40,573 bases of DNA from an uncultured Nitrososphaerota archaeon (lineage in GTDB: Archaea > Korarchaeota > Korarchaeia > Korarchaeales > Korarchaeaceae). The stretch is from NCBI GenBank assembly GCA_964594835.1, contig CAZQNA010000013.1:1-40573 (forward strand), read 5' to 3'. Positions 1 through 8,087 of this stretch are shown one piece after another. Under the pieces are notes generated by a model that saw only the letters and a program-made list of their open reading frames with translations, was not told the DNA's origin and did no database searches. Made by a program: the position numbers and the translations under genes. Positions within the stretch are counted from its first letter, which is position 1. Every line of letters starts with the position of its first letter.

Positions 1-1345
1 AGACTGGCTCGCCGAGTTCACCTCGTCCCTAAATTCAGACAGGGCTCTATTCAGGGCGGTGGTGCTCACCGCCTACGCTCACTTTTTCCACCTGTTGGAG
101 AGGGGAGTCGTACCCAGGGAGGCCTCCCGCGTCCTGACGTGGTTGAGGAGAGCCCTTGAGAGGGAGGAAGAGGTCCTCTCGGGGAAATACGAGGATGTGC
201 ACGAGGCCTTGGAGGCCTGGCTCCTCGAGAAGGCGGGAAGGGTGGCTGGCTGGTTGGCCTACGGTAAGAGCAGGAACGATCAGGTCGCCACGGCCCTCAG
301 GTTGGCCCTCAGGTGGGAGTTGACTGGGCTGCTCCGGGAGCTCAACGGGCTGAGGGGATCGCTGCTCGACGCGGCCGAGAGACAGCTCGGCACCAAGATG
401 CCCCTTTTCACGCACCTTCAACCAGCTCAGCCGTCTCTGGCATCGCATTACCTGTTGTACGTGGAGGGCGAGGTCTTCCACCACTACAGGGCGATATGGC
501 ACGTGTTGAGGGAGGTGGTGGACCTCTGCCCGTTGGGTTCCGGCCCCGTGGCTGGAAGTTCCGTTTCGCTGGATAGAGGGAGGCTTGCGGAACTCCTGGG
601 CTTCTCGGGAGTTGAGGAAAATACCCTACTAGCCACCGGAAGCAGGACGTTTGCGTCCCTCCCCTTGGGCCCAGTAGCTAGCCTGATGGTCGCCCTGAGC
701 AGGGTCGCAGAGGACCTGATAATCTGGTCAACTCCACAGTTCTCCCTAGTCGAGCTGCCGGAGGGACACGTATCGACCAGCAGCATCATGCCCCAGAAGA
801 GGAACGCGGTTACCCTGGAGCTCGTAAGGGCGAAAACCGGGACCGCGATCGGGTCTCTAATTTCCACGCTCACGATCGCCAAGGGACTTCCAAGCGGGTA
901 CAGTCTGGACCTCCAGGAGGCGAATCTTCACATACTGAGACCGGTAGAGGAGGCCGCATCCTCGGCTAGGGTGCTGGCCGACCTGGTGAGGGGCGTTAGG
1001 TTCAGGGAGATCGTCGTACCCCCGACATTGGCTCAAGACGTTGCCGAGAGGCTCGCCAGGGAAAGGGGGATCACGTATAGGGAGGCCCACTCGCTGCTGG
1101 CCTCCACCCTCAGGGAGGAGGGGTGGGACCTGCTCAAGGCGGCTGATAAGCTGGGAGTGGACATCCCTGACATAGAGGAAGTTCTGAGGGGGAGGGGGAG
1201 GGGAGCCCCCAACCCTGAGCTGGTCGCCAAGGAGATAGGATCTAGGAGGAAACTCCTGAGGGTCGATGTGGAGAATCTCAAGTCCTACGAGGAGGAGAAG
1301 ATGAGGGCTGAGAGGTCCCTCCTCTCCCTGAGTGTGGGGGACTAG
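1..1345 (+). CDS. argH: Argininosuccinate lyase (5' end lies outside the window)
   Basis: Motifs GKSRNDQVAT, THLQPAQP, CPLGSG and SSIMPQKRN (fumarate lyase superfamily signature). The frame stays open upstream of 59 to the window edge (DWLAEFTSSL...). Confidence 0.95.
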   Translation, partial: DWLAEFTSSLNSDRALFRAVVLTAYAHFFHLLERGVVPREASRVLTWLRRALEREEEVLSGKYEDVHEALEAWLLEKAGRVAGWLAYGKSRNDQVATALRLALRWELTGLLRELNGLRGSLLDAAERQLGTKMPLFTHLQPAQPSLASHYLLYVEGEVFHHYRAIWHVLREVVDLCPLGSGPVAGSSVSLDRGRLAELLGFSGVEENTLLATGSRTFASLPLGPVASLMVALSRVAEDLIIWSTPQFSLVELPEGHVSTSSIMPQKRNAVTLELVRAKTGTAIGSLISTLTIAKGLPSGYSLDLQEANLHILRPVEEAASSARVLADLVRGVRFREIVVPPTLAQDVAERLARERGITYREAHSLLASTLREEGWDLLKAADKLGVDIPDIEEVLRGRGRGAPNPELVAKEIGSRRKLLRVDVENLKSYEEEKMRAERSLLSLSVGD

Positions 1346-1520
1346 CTGGCCAACGGTCCCCTTGATGTGCACGCGCTCTATCAAACAAACTTACCCCCTC
1401 CAAGAGTTCCTCGACGAGAGCGAGGGAGTGCCTCCACGTAGGAGGGCGGGTATGCCTCAGCCGGCACACGCGCGTCGCCAACATGCTGGCACCGGCGCAT
1501 CCCCACTAAGCTCGACTCAA

Positions 1521-1530
1521 GCTTTAAGTA
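1521..1530 (+). promoter_or_regulatory. TATA box of tRNA-Pro(CGG)
   Basis: TTTAAG at 1523-1528, about 29 nt upstream of the tRNA 5' end. Confidence 0.6.
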
Positions 1531-1556
1531 GTGGATGCAGACATGGGCTGACCGGT

Positions 1557-1678
1557 GGGGCCGTGGTCTAGCTTGGCAGGATGAGGGCTTCGGGAGCCCT
1601 TGGCCAGGGTTCAAAATCCGAACCTTAAATGTTCGGGTCGCGAACGAGGTTCGGATGGAAGTCCCTGCGGCCCCACCA
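1557..1678 (+). tRNA. tRNA-Pro(CGG) with a 46-nt intron (1616-1661) at T-loop position 59/60; CCA encoded
   Basis: Acceptor stem GGGGCCG/CGGCCCC followed by ACCA. Anticodon arm AGGGC-TT-CGG-GA-GCCCT. T-stem CAGGG/CCCTG. BHB motif: TTCA(1610-13) pairs with TGGA(1656-59), with bulges AAA and AGT. Splicing restores the T-loop TTCAAAT. Confidence 0.93.
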
Positions 1679-2047
1679 TCACTCCCTCTCTAGTTCTGAG
1701 AGGTTCCGCCTAGGGATCAGGCTGGTCTCAACCTGGCCCTCCTGGCCAGCTTGCAGGCATCCCACACGGCCAGGAGGGGAGCCGCCCCCGTAGAGAGAGC
1801 CAAGATGGTTGAAATATCGGAGAAGAGCCCCGAGATGTCCAGCTCCTGGGTCAGGGCCATAAGAGTCCACGCCGAGGCCACGTAACCCCATATCACCGAG
1901 CCCCTCCGGTAAAGGCCCAGGTACGCCTGGCCCAGTCCAGGTAGGAGGAGCGAGAGTATCCCGGCCCGCGCGGGGCTCGGAGGAGTAGAGGTATCCTGAC
2001 GTCGCCGGGCACATATCGACGGCTCTCAGGATCTTTGCCTCGGCCAC
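1679..2047 (-). pseudogene. Possible degraded gene fragment with weak resemblance to the cyclase/kynurenine formamidase family
   Basis: The segment PGVPGPLPEGLGDMGLRGLGVDSYGPD resembles the PG...G(V/I)D..SPD motif of that family. There is no N-terminal metal-binding motif and no clear start. Confidence 0.2.
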
Positions 2048-2399
2048 GAATCGGTTTGAGATCCCATACTTTTGAAGTTCAGAGTGAGGTTGAAGGAAAC
2101 CTCGCTGACTTACGAGGCGCTCCTTTCGGACCGCTTCAAGGGCGAAGATGTCGTCAGGGCCATTGAGGCTATGGTATGGGTGTGTACGACAGGCTGAGGG
2201 GGCCGAGATCCCGCTGTTTGAATGAGTGGGTGACTCAGACGGCGAGATTCTCCTTCATCTAGGCCCGACGCGGGAGATGGTTAAGCTTAGGCGATCTCAC
2301 AGAGACGTCAACCAACGCCATGGTGTGGATGCGAGAGCAGCTGGCCTACACGGATTTCACATCTCTCCTGATCTTGGGTATTGTAGATCCGAGGAGGAG

Positions 2400-2813
2400 T
2401 TATGCTGAGCTCAGGTCGATCCAGCCAGACTCGCATTTCGAGTGAGACCTATCGGCGCTCAAGATCGGGATCCCTATCAGCTCCGCAAGCGCCCTGTGCA
2501 GACTGTCGAAGTACCCCATACCACTCGCCCTAAGCTCGGCTGCCCTGAAGTGCGCCTCCGGTGTGACGTTGGCCACGGAGACCCTCCTGATCCGGAGCTC
2601 CCTGGCCACGTCGCGCAAGAACTCTGCCTCGTCGTCCGTCTCGATCTTCCTCGAGAGGATCAGGAGGTCTAGCTCTACCAAACTGTAGGGAGACAGCACC
2701 ACGCGCATGCGCTCGCAGGCCCTGAGGGAATTCTCGTGCAGTGGGTCCTCTCTGTTGAGCAGGGCGACCAAGAAGTCGGTCTCAGCCAGAACCTCCCGCG
2801 AGCTCCTCGGCAA
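2400..2813 (-). CDS. vapC: PIN-domain (VapC) toxin
   Basis: ETDFLVALLNREDPLH...SLVEL...GYFDSLH...ILSADR follows the PIN acidic-residue pattern. It overlaps the upstream AbrB-type gene. Confidence 0.9.
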   Translation of the reverse strand: MPRSSREVLAETDFLVALLNREDPLHENSLRACERMRVVLSPYSLVELDLLILSRKIETDDEAEFLRDVARELRIRRVSVANVTPEAHFRAAELRASGMGYFDSLHRALAELIGIPILSADRSHSKCESGWIDLSSA

Positions 2814-3021
2814 TCTCAGTCAGCTCCCTCCTCAGCTTTGGCACGTCTAGCGAGGTCACCCTAAACCTGGCTCTCTCTATGGGTCTCTTAGCTACGGGCT
2901 CGATGATCACCCTGCCGCCCTCGAGCTTCAGCCTAACGAGGTCCCTCAGACCCGCTTTGTCCCTCATCTCCTTTGGTATCGTGACCCTGCCCTTCTGGTC
3001 TATCTTTCCCACGACTTCCAT
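2782..3021 (-). CDS. vapB: AbrB/MazE/SpoVT-family antitoxin
   Basis: KIDQKGRVTIPKEMRDKAGL is a swapped-hairpin motif. The ATG at 3021 is preferred over the GTG at 3030. Confidence 0.9.
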   Translation of the reverse strand: MEVVGKIDQKGRVTIPKEMRDKAGLRDLVRLKLEGGRVIIEPVAKRPIERARFRVTSLDVPKLRRELTEIAEELAGGSG

Positions 3022-3215
3022 TGGTCCCACTGGTGCAGAAAGTGGCCCACCATAATTAACCCCTTTGCTTGGACAAGCGGGCGATCAGCCGCAAGGGTCC
3101 TCGCGGACGTAATCGACCGAGTGGCCGCTAGAGCGCCAAATAGGCAGCATACACAGGTTGAACAAGTTGCTATAGGCTCAAAGCAGTAATAGGCAAGCTC
3201 GAGACTCTTCGCGAG

Positions 3216-3761
3216 ATGCGCGCCCCTGACGCGAGGTCCAAGAGGGTGATCCTGCTGGCCCACTGCCTGCTCAACCAGAACTCAGTCGTCTTCGGCAAGG
3301 CCAGGAGGCCCGGTCCCGTGAGAGAACTCGTGGAGCTCCTCGTCGACGCGGGCGTGGGCATGGTGCAGCTCCCCTGCCCAGAGCTCACCCACTACGGCCT
3401 GAGGAGGTTCTGGGCCGTGAGGGAGCAGTTCGACAACCCCGGCTTCAGGGCCCACTGCCGCAGGATGGCCTCCGAGGTCGCTGAGGTGGTCGAGGAGTAC
3501 CTCAGGAACGGCTACGAGGTGCTGGGATTCGTCGGGGTGAACGGGAGCCCCTCGTGCGGCGTCACGGAGCACGGCAGCGGGGACTGGATGGGGAACCCCA
3601 GGGCGGCCGGGGAGTACCACAGAGCCCCGGGACCCGGGGTGTTCGTCGAGGAACTCGCCCGCGTCCTGGACGTGCCGCTCCTGGAGTGGGACTGGAGGGA
3701 CGTCGAGGGATCGCTGAGGAGGCTGGCCGAGGCCCTGCGGGGGGAGGGGGGTCAGGGTTAA
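3216..3761 (+). CDS. DUF523/TudS-related putative Fe-S desulfidase
   Basis: Conserved Cys motifs AHCLLNQN, QLPCPE and GSPSCG, plus GVFVEEL. Confidence 0.8.
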   Translation: MRAPDARSKRVILLAHCLLNQNSVVFGKARRPGPVRELVELLVDAGVGMVQLPCPELTHYGLRRFWAVREQFDNPGFRAHCRRMASEVAEVVEEYLRNGYEVLGFVGVNGSPSCGVTEHGSGDWMGNPRAAGEYHRAPGPGVFVEELARVLDVPLLEWDWRDVEGSLRRLAEALRGEGGQG

Positions 3762-3786
3762 ATTCCCGATCTCCCCGGTGAGGTCG

Positions 3787-3863
3787 GGGGCCGTGGTCTA
3801 GCTTGGTAGGATGCCGGCCTTGGGAGCCGGTGGTCGTGGGTTCGAATCCCACCGGCCCCACCA
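3787..3863 (+). tRNA. tRNA-Pro(TGG), no intron, CCA encoded
   Basis: GGGGCCG...CCGGC-CT-TGG-GA-GCCGG...GTGGG-TTCGAAT-CCCAC-CGGCCCC-ACCA. TATA element TTAAAT at 3758-3763. Confidence 0.97.
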
Positions 3864-4008
3864 CTCGCCTCGCACGGTAATTCGCCTGGATCCGTCTCCT
3901 AGTCGGCTAGTTCGCGGAATCCACCTCGCTCCTGCCTCCTGCAACTTACTCAGTCGGAAGGCAAGAATGGTTTATTTTCCGAAAACTCGCTGCACAGGTA
4001 GGACTACC

Positions 4009-5421
4009 GTGAGGATTCGACTAATTGGACTCGTCACGGCAGGCGTTATACTGATCGCGTTGGCCGTGGCCTTGGCGCCGGTAAGAGGGCCGCTCAGATC
4101 TCGAGAGGCGCCCCACTCAGATTTCTCGAGCGGGAGAGAGGCTTTCAGCGCCCCGTCGTCTGGCCGTCAAGCCATCAACTCATCGGACCTTCCGACTAAC
4201 GTGACCTACCTGTGCCTCCTGTCCAAGAGGAGCAACGCCACGTCGTACAAGGCTTACAGGGTTGAAAACGCGACGGTGTACGTCCCTGGAGATGTTAACC
4301 TCTTCTTCGAGTGGAGGGCCGCGGCCGTGGCCTCGGAGATGGGGGCCGAGGAGCTCAGCCAGAGGGTGGACACGCTGTTTGAGCTTCTGAGGAAGGAACC
4401 CGGCGAAAAAGGAGATTCGGACATCAAGCTGATGAATGGGACGCTGGCAGCCATCGACGGCCTGATCAGGAACCTGTCCATAGATAGGTTCAGAGAGGGG
4501 GCGCTGTTCGTCCTGCACAGCGAGATATCGGGAGGCGGTCCATCCCCCTATGTCGTCCTCTCGCTCGCCAGTGACTCTGACCTCTTCTTCGAGTGGAGGG
4601 CCGCGGCCGTGGCCTCGGAGATGGGGGCCGAGGAGCTCAGCCAGAGGATGTACGTCCTGTCCGAGCTGCTGAAGAGGGAGTTCGAAGGAGAGTACAGCGA
4701 GGACTTCAGGCAGAGCCTGGAAGTGGCCGAGACGGGGCAGGGTGCCTCCTACCTATGGGATGTTGTCAGGTGGAAGAAGGAGGGACTGTCAAACAGGGAG
4801 ATGCTCAACGAAACGCTCAAGATCATCGATGGCCTGATCAGGAACCTGTCCATAGATAGGTTCAGGGAGGGGGCGCTGTTCGTCCTGTACAAACTGTCGC
4901 TTGGGGGTGACTACGTCCTGACGACCTGTGATCCCCCGCGCGTCTCATTCCCGACGGGCTGGAGGTACCTCTACAACTTCGACAGGGCGGGGTGCCTGGT
5001 TTGGGTGGGGTGCTACAGCTCGCCCACCCCCCAAAGGTACGCCTTCATCGGAGAGACCTGCACGACCACCTACACCACCGACATGGACTACTACTGGCAA
5101 GAGGCAAATAGGTACTGCGATTCGAGCCTACTGAAGTCCATCCAGATCAAGTGGTTTCACAGGGCTCTGGCGCTGAGCCCATACAATTGGAGACACGACA
5201 TAATCTGGGAGGGAAACAAGAACTCCAGCGCAGAGTGGTACACCTACGGTGAGCCCTACAGGACCACCAATCCCTCGTCTGGCTGGTACTACATCCGTCA
5301 CAATCACTACTACGTGCTCTATTGCTGCTACCCTCCAAGGTACTACTGCAACACCCACTGCGGGGACTACTGCATTGCATGTGACGAGGACGCGACGCAG
5401 CACTTCGTCGGGAGGCCTTAG
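4009..5421 (+). CDS. Secreted or membrane-anchored hypothetical protein (470 aa) with an internal duplication and a Cys/aromatic-rich C-terminal domain
   Basis: GTG at 4009 lies about 30 nt after TTTATTT(3971-77). The N-terminus RIRLIGLVTAGVILIALAVALAP is a signal or TM helix. There are several N-x-S/T sequons. The longer ORF call from 3811 runs through the tRNA and is rejected. Confidence 0.8.
   Translation: MRIRLIGLVTAGVILIALAVALAPVRGPLRSREAPHSDFSSGREAFSAPSSGRQAINSSDLPTNVTYLCLLSKRSNATSYKAYRVENATVYVPGDVNLFFEWRAAAVASEMGAEELSQRVDTLFELLRKEPGEKGDSDIKLMNGTLAAIDGLIRNLSIDRFREGALFVLHSEISGGGPSPYVVLSLASDSDLFFEWRAAAVASEMGAEELSQRMYVLSELLKREFEGEYSEDFRQSLEVAETGQGASYLWDVVRWKKEGLSNREMLNETLKIIDGLIRNLSIDRFREGALFVLYKLSLGGDYVLTTCDPPRVSFPTGWRYLYNFDRAGCLVWVGCYSSPTPQRYAFIGETCTTTYTTDMDYYWQEANRYCDSSLLKSIQIKWFHRALALSPYNWRHDIIWEGNKNSSAEWYTYGEPYRTTNPSSGWYYIRHNHYYVLYCCYPPRYYCNTHCGDYCIACDEDATQHFVGRP
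4298..4891 (+). repeat. Intragenic duplication: block A 4298-4365 = 4580-4647 (68 bp, identical); block B 4452-4519 ~ 4824-4891 (68 bp, 3 mismatches)
   Basis: Direct sequence comparison. The blocks encode LFFEWRAAAVASEMGAEELSQR twice and IDGLIRNLSIDRFREGALFVL twice. Confidence 0.95.
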
Positions 5422-5561
5422 AGGAGAGGGTGGGAGACGAGGTAGCGTCCGTACAGGAAGGGGGGACGCTGGGCGCCTACAATTCGCGGTCACTGACCCC
5501 AACCGCCATTCCGATGGCTGGACTGGCGAGGTGGCTGATCCGGCGCCGGCGGAATCAACCA

Positions 5562-5960
5562 TCAGACCCGCTTATACCAGGTCGTCTTGACGCCCAGCTC
5601 CCGAAAGTGGGGGTCGTCGCTGACCACGACTCCTCCCGTGGACTTGGCCACGGCCGCTACGAGTGCGTCGGCCAGAGGGACTCCCCTGGCCAGCGCCATC
5701 CTCCCCGCCTCGAGGGCCACGCGCTCGTCTATCGGCGCCACCTTGGCTCCGCTCGAGATCCAGACCCTTAGCCTCACCTCGGCCCCCTCGGAGCCGAGCC
5801 TCCTCCCGGCGACCTTGATGAATTCGGCGACGACGACGGCCGGTATGACGAAGCCCTCGTCTGCCCGCCTGACGACGAACTCCCTGATCTCCTCCCTGTC
5901 TCGCTCCGTGGGCGGGAAGGTGTGGGCTATGAGAAAGCGAGTGTCCAGTATCAGCGCCAA
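5562..5960 (-). CDS. vapC: PIN-domain (VapC) toxin
   Basis: LILDTRFLI...VVVAEF...PLADALVAA...VVSDDPHF. Confidence 0.92.
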   Translation of the reverse strand: MALILDTRFLIAHTFPPTERDREEIREFVVRRADEGFVIPAVVVAEFIKVAGRRLGSEGAEVRLRVWISSGAKVAPIDERVALEAGRMALARGVPLADALVAAVAKSTGGVVVSDDPHFRELGVKTTWYKRV

Positions 5961-6175
5961 CGCGCCCTCTCCTCCTCGAGGTCGGACAGGATCTTGAGGT
6001 ACTCCCCCTCGCCCACGACCTCCCCCGGCTCCGGGAGCCCGGGCTTCCTCAGAACTATCTTGTCTCCCTCGATCTCCGCGTATATCAGATCGCCCTCCTC
6101 TATGCCCAGCATCTCCCTGAACTTCTTTGGGATGGTCACCTGTCCCTTCCTGGTCACCTTCAATGATACTGGCAC
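5951..6175 (-). CDS. vapB: AbrB/MazE/SpoVT-family antitoxin
   Basis: KVTRKGQVTIPKKFREMLGIEEGD motif. It overlaps the vapC start. Confidence 0.92.
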   Translation of the reverse strand: MPVSLKVTRKGQVTIPKKFREMLGIEEGDLIYAEIEGDKIVLRKPGLPEPGEVVGEGEYLKILSDLEEERARWR

Positions 6176-6178
6176 AAA

Positions 6179-6210
6179 TACTACCTAACAGTACTACCTA
6201 ATAAAGAATT
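6179..6210 (-). promoter_or_regulatory. vapBC promoter with a tandem 10-bp direct repeat (putative autoregulatory operator)
   Basis: TACTACCTAA at 6179-6188 and 6192-6201. The minus-strand TATA-like TTTATT at 6205-6200 abuts the repeat. Confidence 0.6.
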
Positions 6211-6437
6211 ATTGAAGAAGATAGTACCAACGTGGAAGCGAGGGTCGTAGGGTGGACGGAGGTTCCAGAGGGATCCACCCTCCTCTGAAGTCTAATCTGG
6301 GCAAATGTTGACTTCTCTTCAAGAGGGCCCCCACGCGGGAGCCGATATCCGACGTGGTTGAGAAGGGAGTCGAGGGTGTGAAGGCTGCCGGCAGGCATAC
6401 CACACCGTTTTATGGGACGCGCGCATCGGGGAGGAGG

Positions 6438-7097
6438 ATGCCCCTCGGCCTGGGCTTCAAGGACCGCATGTGGCGATCGAGCTTCGAGCTCGTGAGGGAG
6501 CACGCGGCCCTGGTGGAGGAAACTGTCTCTGGGCTGGTGAAGGCGCTCAGGGCGAAGGCCGAAGGCAGGGACGCCGAGGCCCTCAGGGTGATAGGCGAGG
6601 TCCGGGCGTCCGAGGAGGCGGCGGACTCCAAGAGGAGGGAGATCGTCGCCTCCCTAGGCAAGGGGGTACTCCCGCCTCTGAGCAGGCAGGACGTCATCCA
6701 CCTGGCCAGGAGGCTGGACCGCATAGCCGACAGCGCCATGGACGCCGCCAGGTACCTGACCCACGTGAGGTTCCACGGCGAGCTGGGCATGCTCGCCGAG
6801 GATCTCGTGAGGATGGCCGAGGCCGACCTGGAGACCGTGAAGTCCCTCAGGAGGGCGATAGACTCCATAGGATCAGACGTCGGCTCCTGCTCGTCCCACT
6901 GCGACGAGGTGGAGGAGGGGGAGAGGCTGTGCGACTCCCTCCACATGAGGGCCCTGAGGACCTTCTCGGGGATGAGCCCCCCCTCGGGACTGGCGTCCGT
7001 GGTGGCCGAGCTCATAGAGGAGCTGGAGAACATAGCCGACTTCTGCGAGGACGCCGCCGACGTTCTCAGGGCCATCGTGGTCAGGATGGAGGGGTGA
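6438..7097 (+). CDS. DUF47 / PhoU-like phosphate transport regulator
   Basis: EEAADSKRR...LPPLSRQD...LDRIAD and a second repeat E..CD...ELENIADFCEDAAD. ATG at 6438 follows GGAGG; TTTTAT lies at about 6408. Confidence 0.88.
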   Translation: MPLGLGFKDRMWRSSFELVREHAALVEETVSGLVKALRAKAEGRDAEALRVIGEVRASEEAADSKRREIVASLGKGVLPPLSRQDVIHLARRLDRIADSAMDAARYLTHVRFHGELGMLAEDLVRMAEADLETVKSLRRAIDSIGSDVGSCSSHCDEVEEGERLCDSLHMRALRTFSGMSPPSGLASVVAELIEELENIADFCEDAADVLRAIVVRMEG

Positions 7098-7111
7098 AGG
7101 CCTGGAGGACC

Positions 7112-8080
7112 TCACGCCAGGGCCAGGTAGGCCCTCGCCAGGGCGAAGGAGAGTGCCCCGGCCGCGGGGAAGGTGACGATCCAGGCGAACGCGACAGAGG
7201 CTAGTTCTGACACGTTCATCGGCGACCCCTTGGCGGCGGCTATCCCCACGAGCGAGGAGACGAGGATGTGCGTCCCAGAGAGGGGGAGGCCCAGCAGCGT
7301 CCCTACGAGCATCACCGCGGCCGTGGAGAGCTGGGCGACCATGGCCGAGGTCGGAGTCAGGTCAACGAGCCTCCCCCCGACGGACTCCAGGACCCTCCTG
7401 CCCAGGGTTGCCAGGCCCAGGGCCATGCCGACCCCCCCGAGCACCGTCACCATCATCGACCCTCCCAGCGCGGCCTTCAGGAACGCCGTGGCGTTGGCCA
7501 CATCGTTCCCTCCCCTGGACAGGGCGGTCAGGGACGAGGCCAGCAGGAGCAGGTGGGAGGAGTAGTACTCGACCCTGCACCTGGAGTAGAGCCCCCTCGC
7601 CCTCCTCAGCACAACGCGTCGGAACGCCGAGTAGGCGAGCCAGGACCCGGCGGCCCCAAGGGCCGGAGAGATCAGCCAGCCCAGGGCCACCTCCCCGAGC
7701 ACGCCGTAGTTCACGTCCCTCCCGGCGGCCAGGCCGAGCCCCACGGCGGCCCCCACGGCCGCGTGGGTGGTCGAGACCGGCCACCCCCACGACGAGGCGA
7801 GGACGAGCCAGGTGGCGACGGCCAGCGAGATTATCGCCGCCTCAGCAAGCCCTATCCCCGGCACGAGGTCCTGGCCCAGGGTCTCCTCGACGTTGGAGCT
7901 GAGGAGGGTCGCGCCCACGAGGTCCAGGGCGGCGCCCAGCAGGGCCGCCTGTCCCATCTTCATTATCCTGCTCCCGCCCACGGCCGCCATGGTCTCGTCG
8001 TTCGCCCCGATGGACCAGGCTATGTAGGTCGTCAGGGCTCCGGACGTCAGCAGGAAGGCCAGGGCGGGCATGGCGATCAC
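7112..8080 (-). CDS. pit: PiT-family inorganic phosphate transporter
   Basis: Signature motifs GAND (N-terminal) and GGNDVANA (C-terminal), plus PVSTTH and PLSGTH. Highly hydrophobic. Confidence 0.93.
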   Translation of the reverse strand: MIAMPALAFLLTSGALTTYIAWSIGANDETMAAVGGSRIMKMGQAALLGAALDLVGATLLSSNVEETLGQDLVPGIGLAEAAIISLAVATWLVLASSWGWPVSTTHAAVGAAVGLGLAAGRDVNYGVLGEVALGWLISPALGAAGSWLAYSAFRRVVLRRARGLYSRCRVEYYSSHLLLLASSLTALSRGGNDVANATAFLKAALGGSMMVTVLGGVGMALGLATLGRRVLESVGGRLVDLTPTSAMVAQLSTAAVMLVGTLLGLPLSGTHILVSSLVGIAAAKGSPMNVSELASVAFAWIVTFPAAGALSFALARAYLALA

Positions 8081-8087
8081 CCGGGGC

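Noticed and set aside
2050-2400. Short ORFs, including 2226-2408
   Set aside because: No recognisable motif, promoter or SD. Treated as degraded DNA.
3041-3054. GGCCCACCAT as an attR copy of the tRNA-Pro 3' end (GGCCCCACCAT)
   Set aside because: Only about 10 nt with an indel, in GC-rich DNA, and no integrase nearby.
3811-4008. N-terminal extension of the 536-aa ORF
   Set aside because: It overlaps tRNA-Pro(TGG). The signal peptide and TATA point to GTG 4009 as the start.
4298-5421. Diversity-generating retroelement or CRISPR array as the explanation of the repeats
   Set aside because: No reverse transcriptase is present, mismatches are not adenine-specific, and the repeats are in-frame coding blocks rather than regularly spaced repeat-spacer units.
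6255-6285. GTTCCAGAGGGAT as an origin recognition box
   Set aside because: A single partial match, with no G-string in the right place, no repeated copies and no cdc6.
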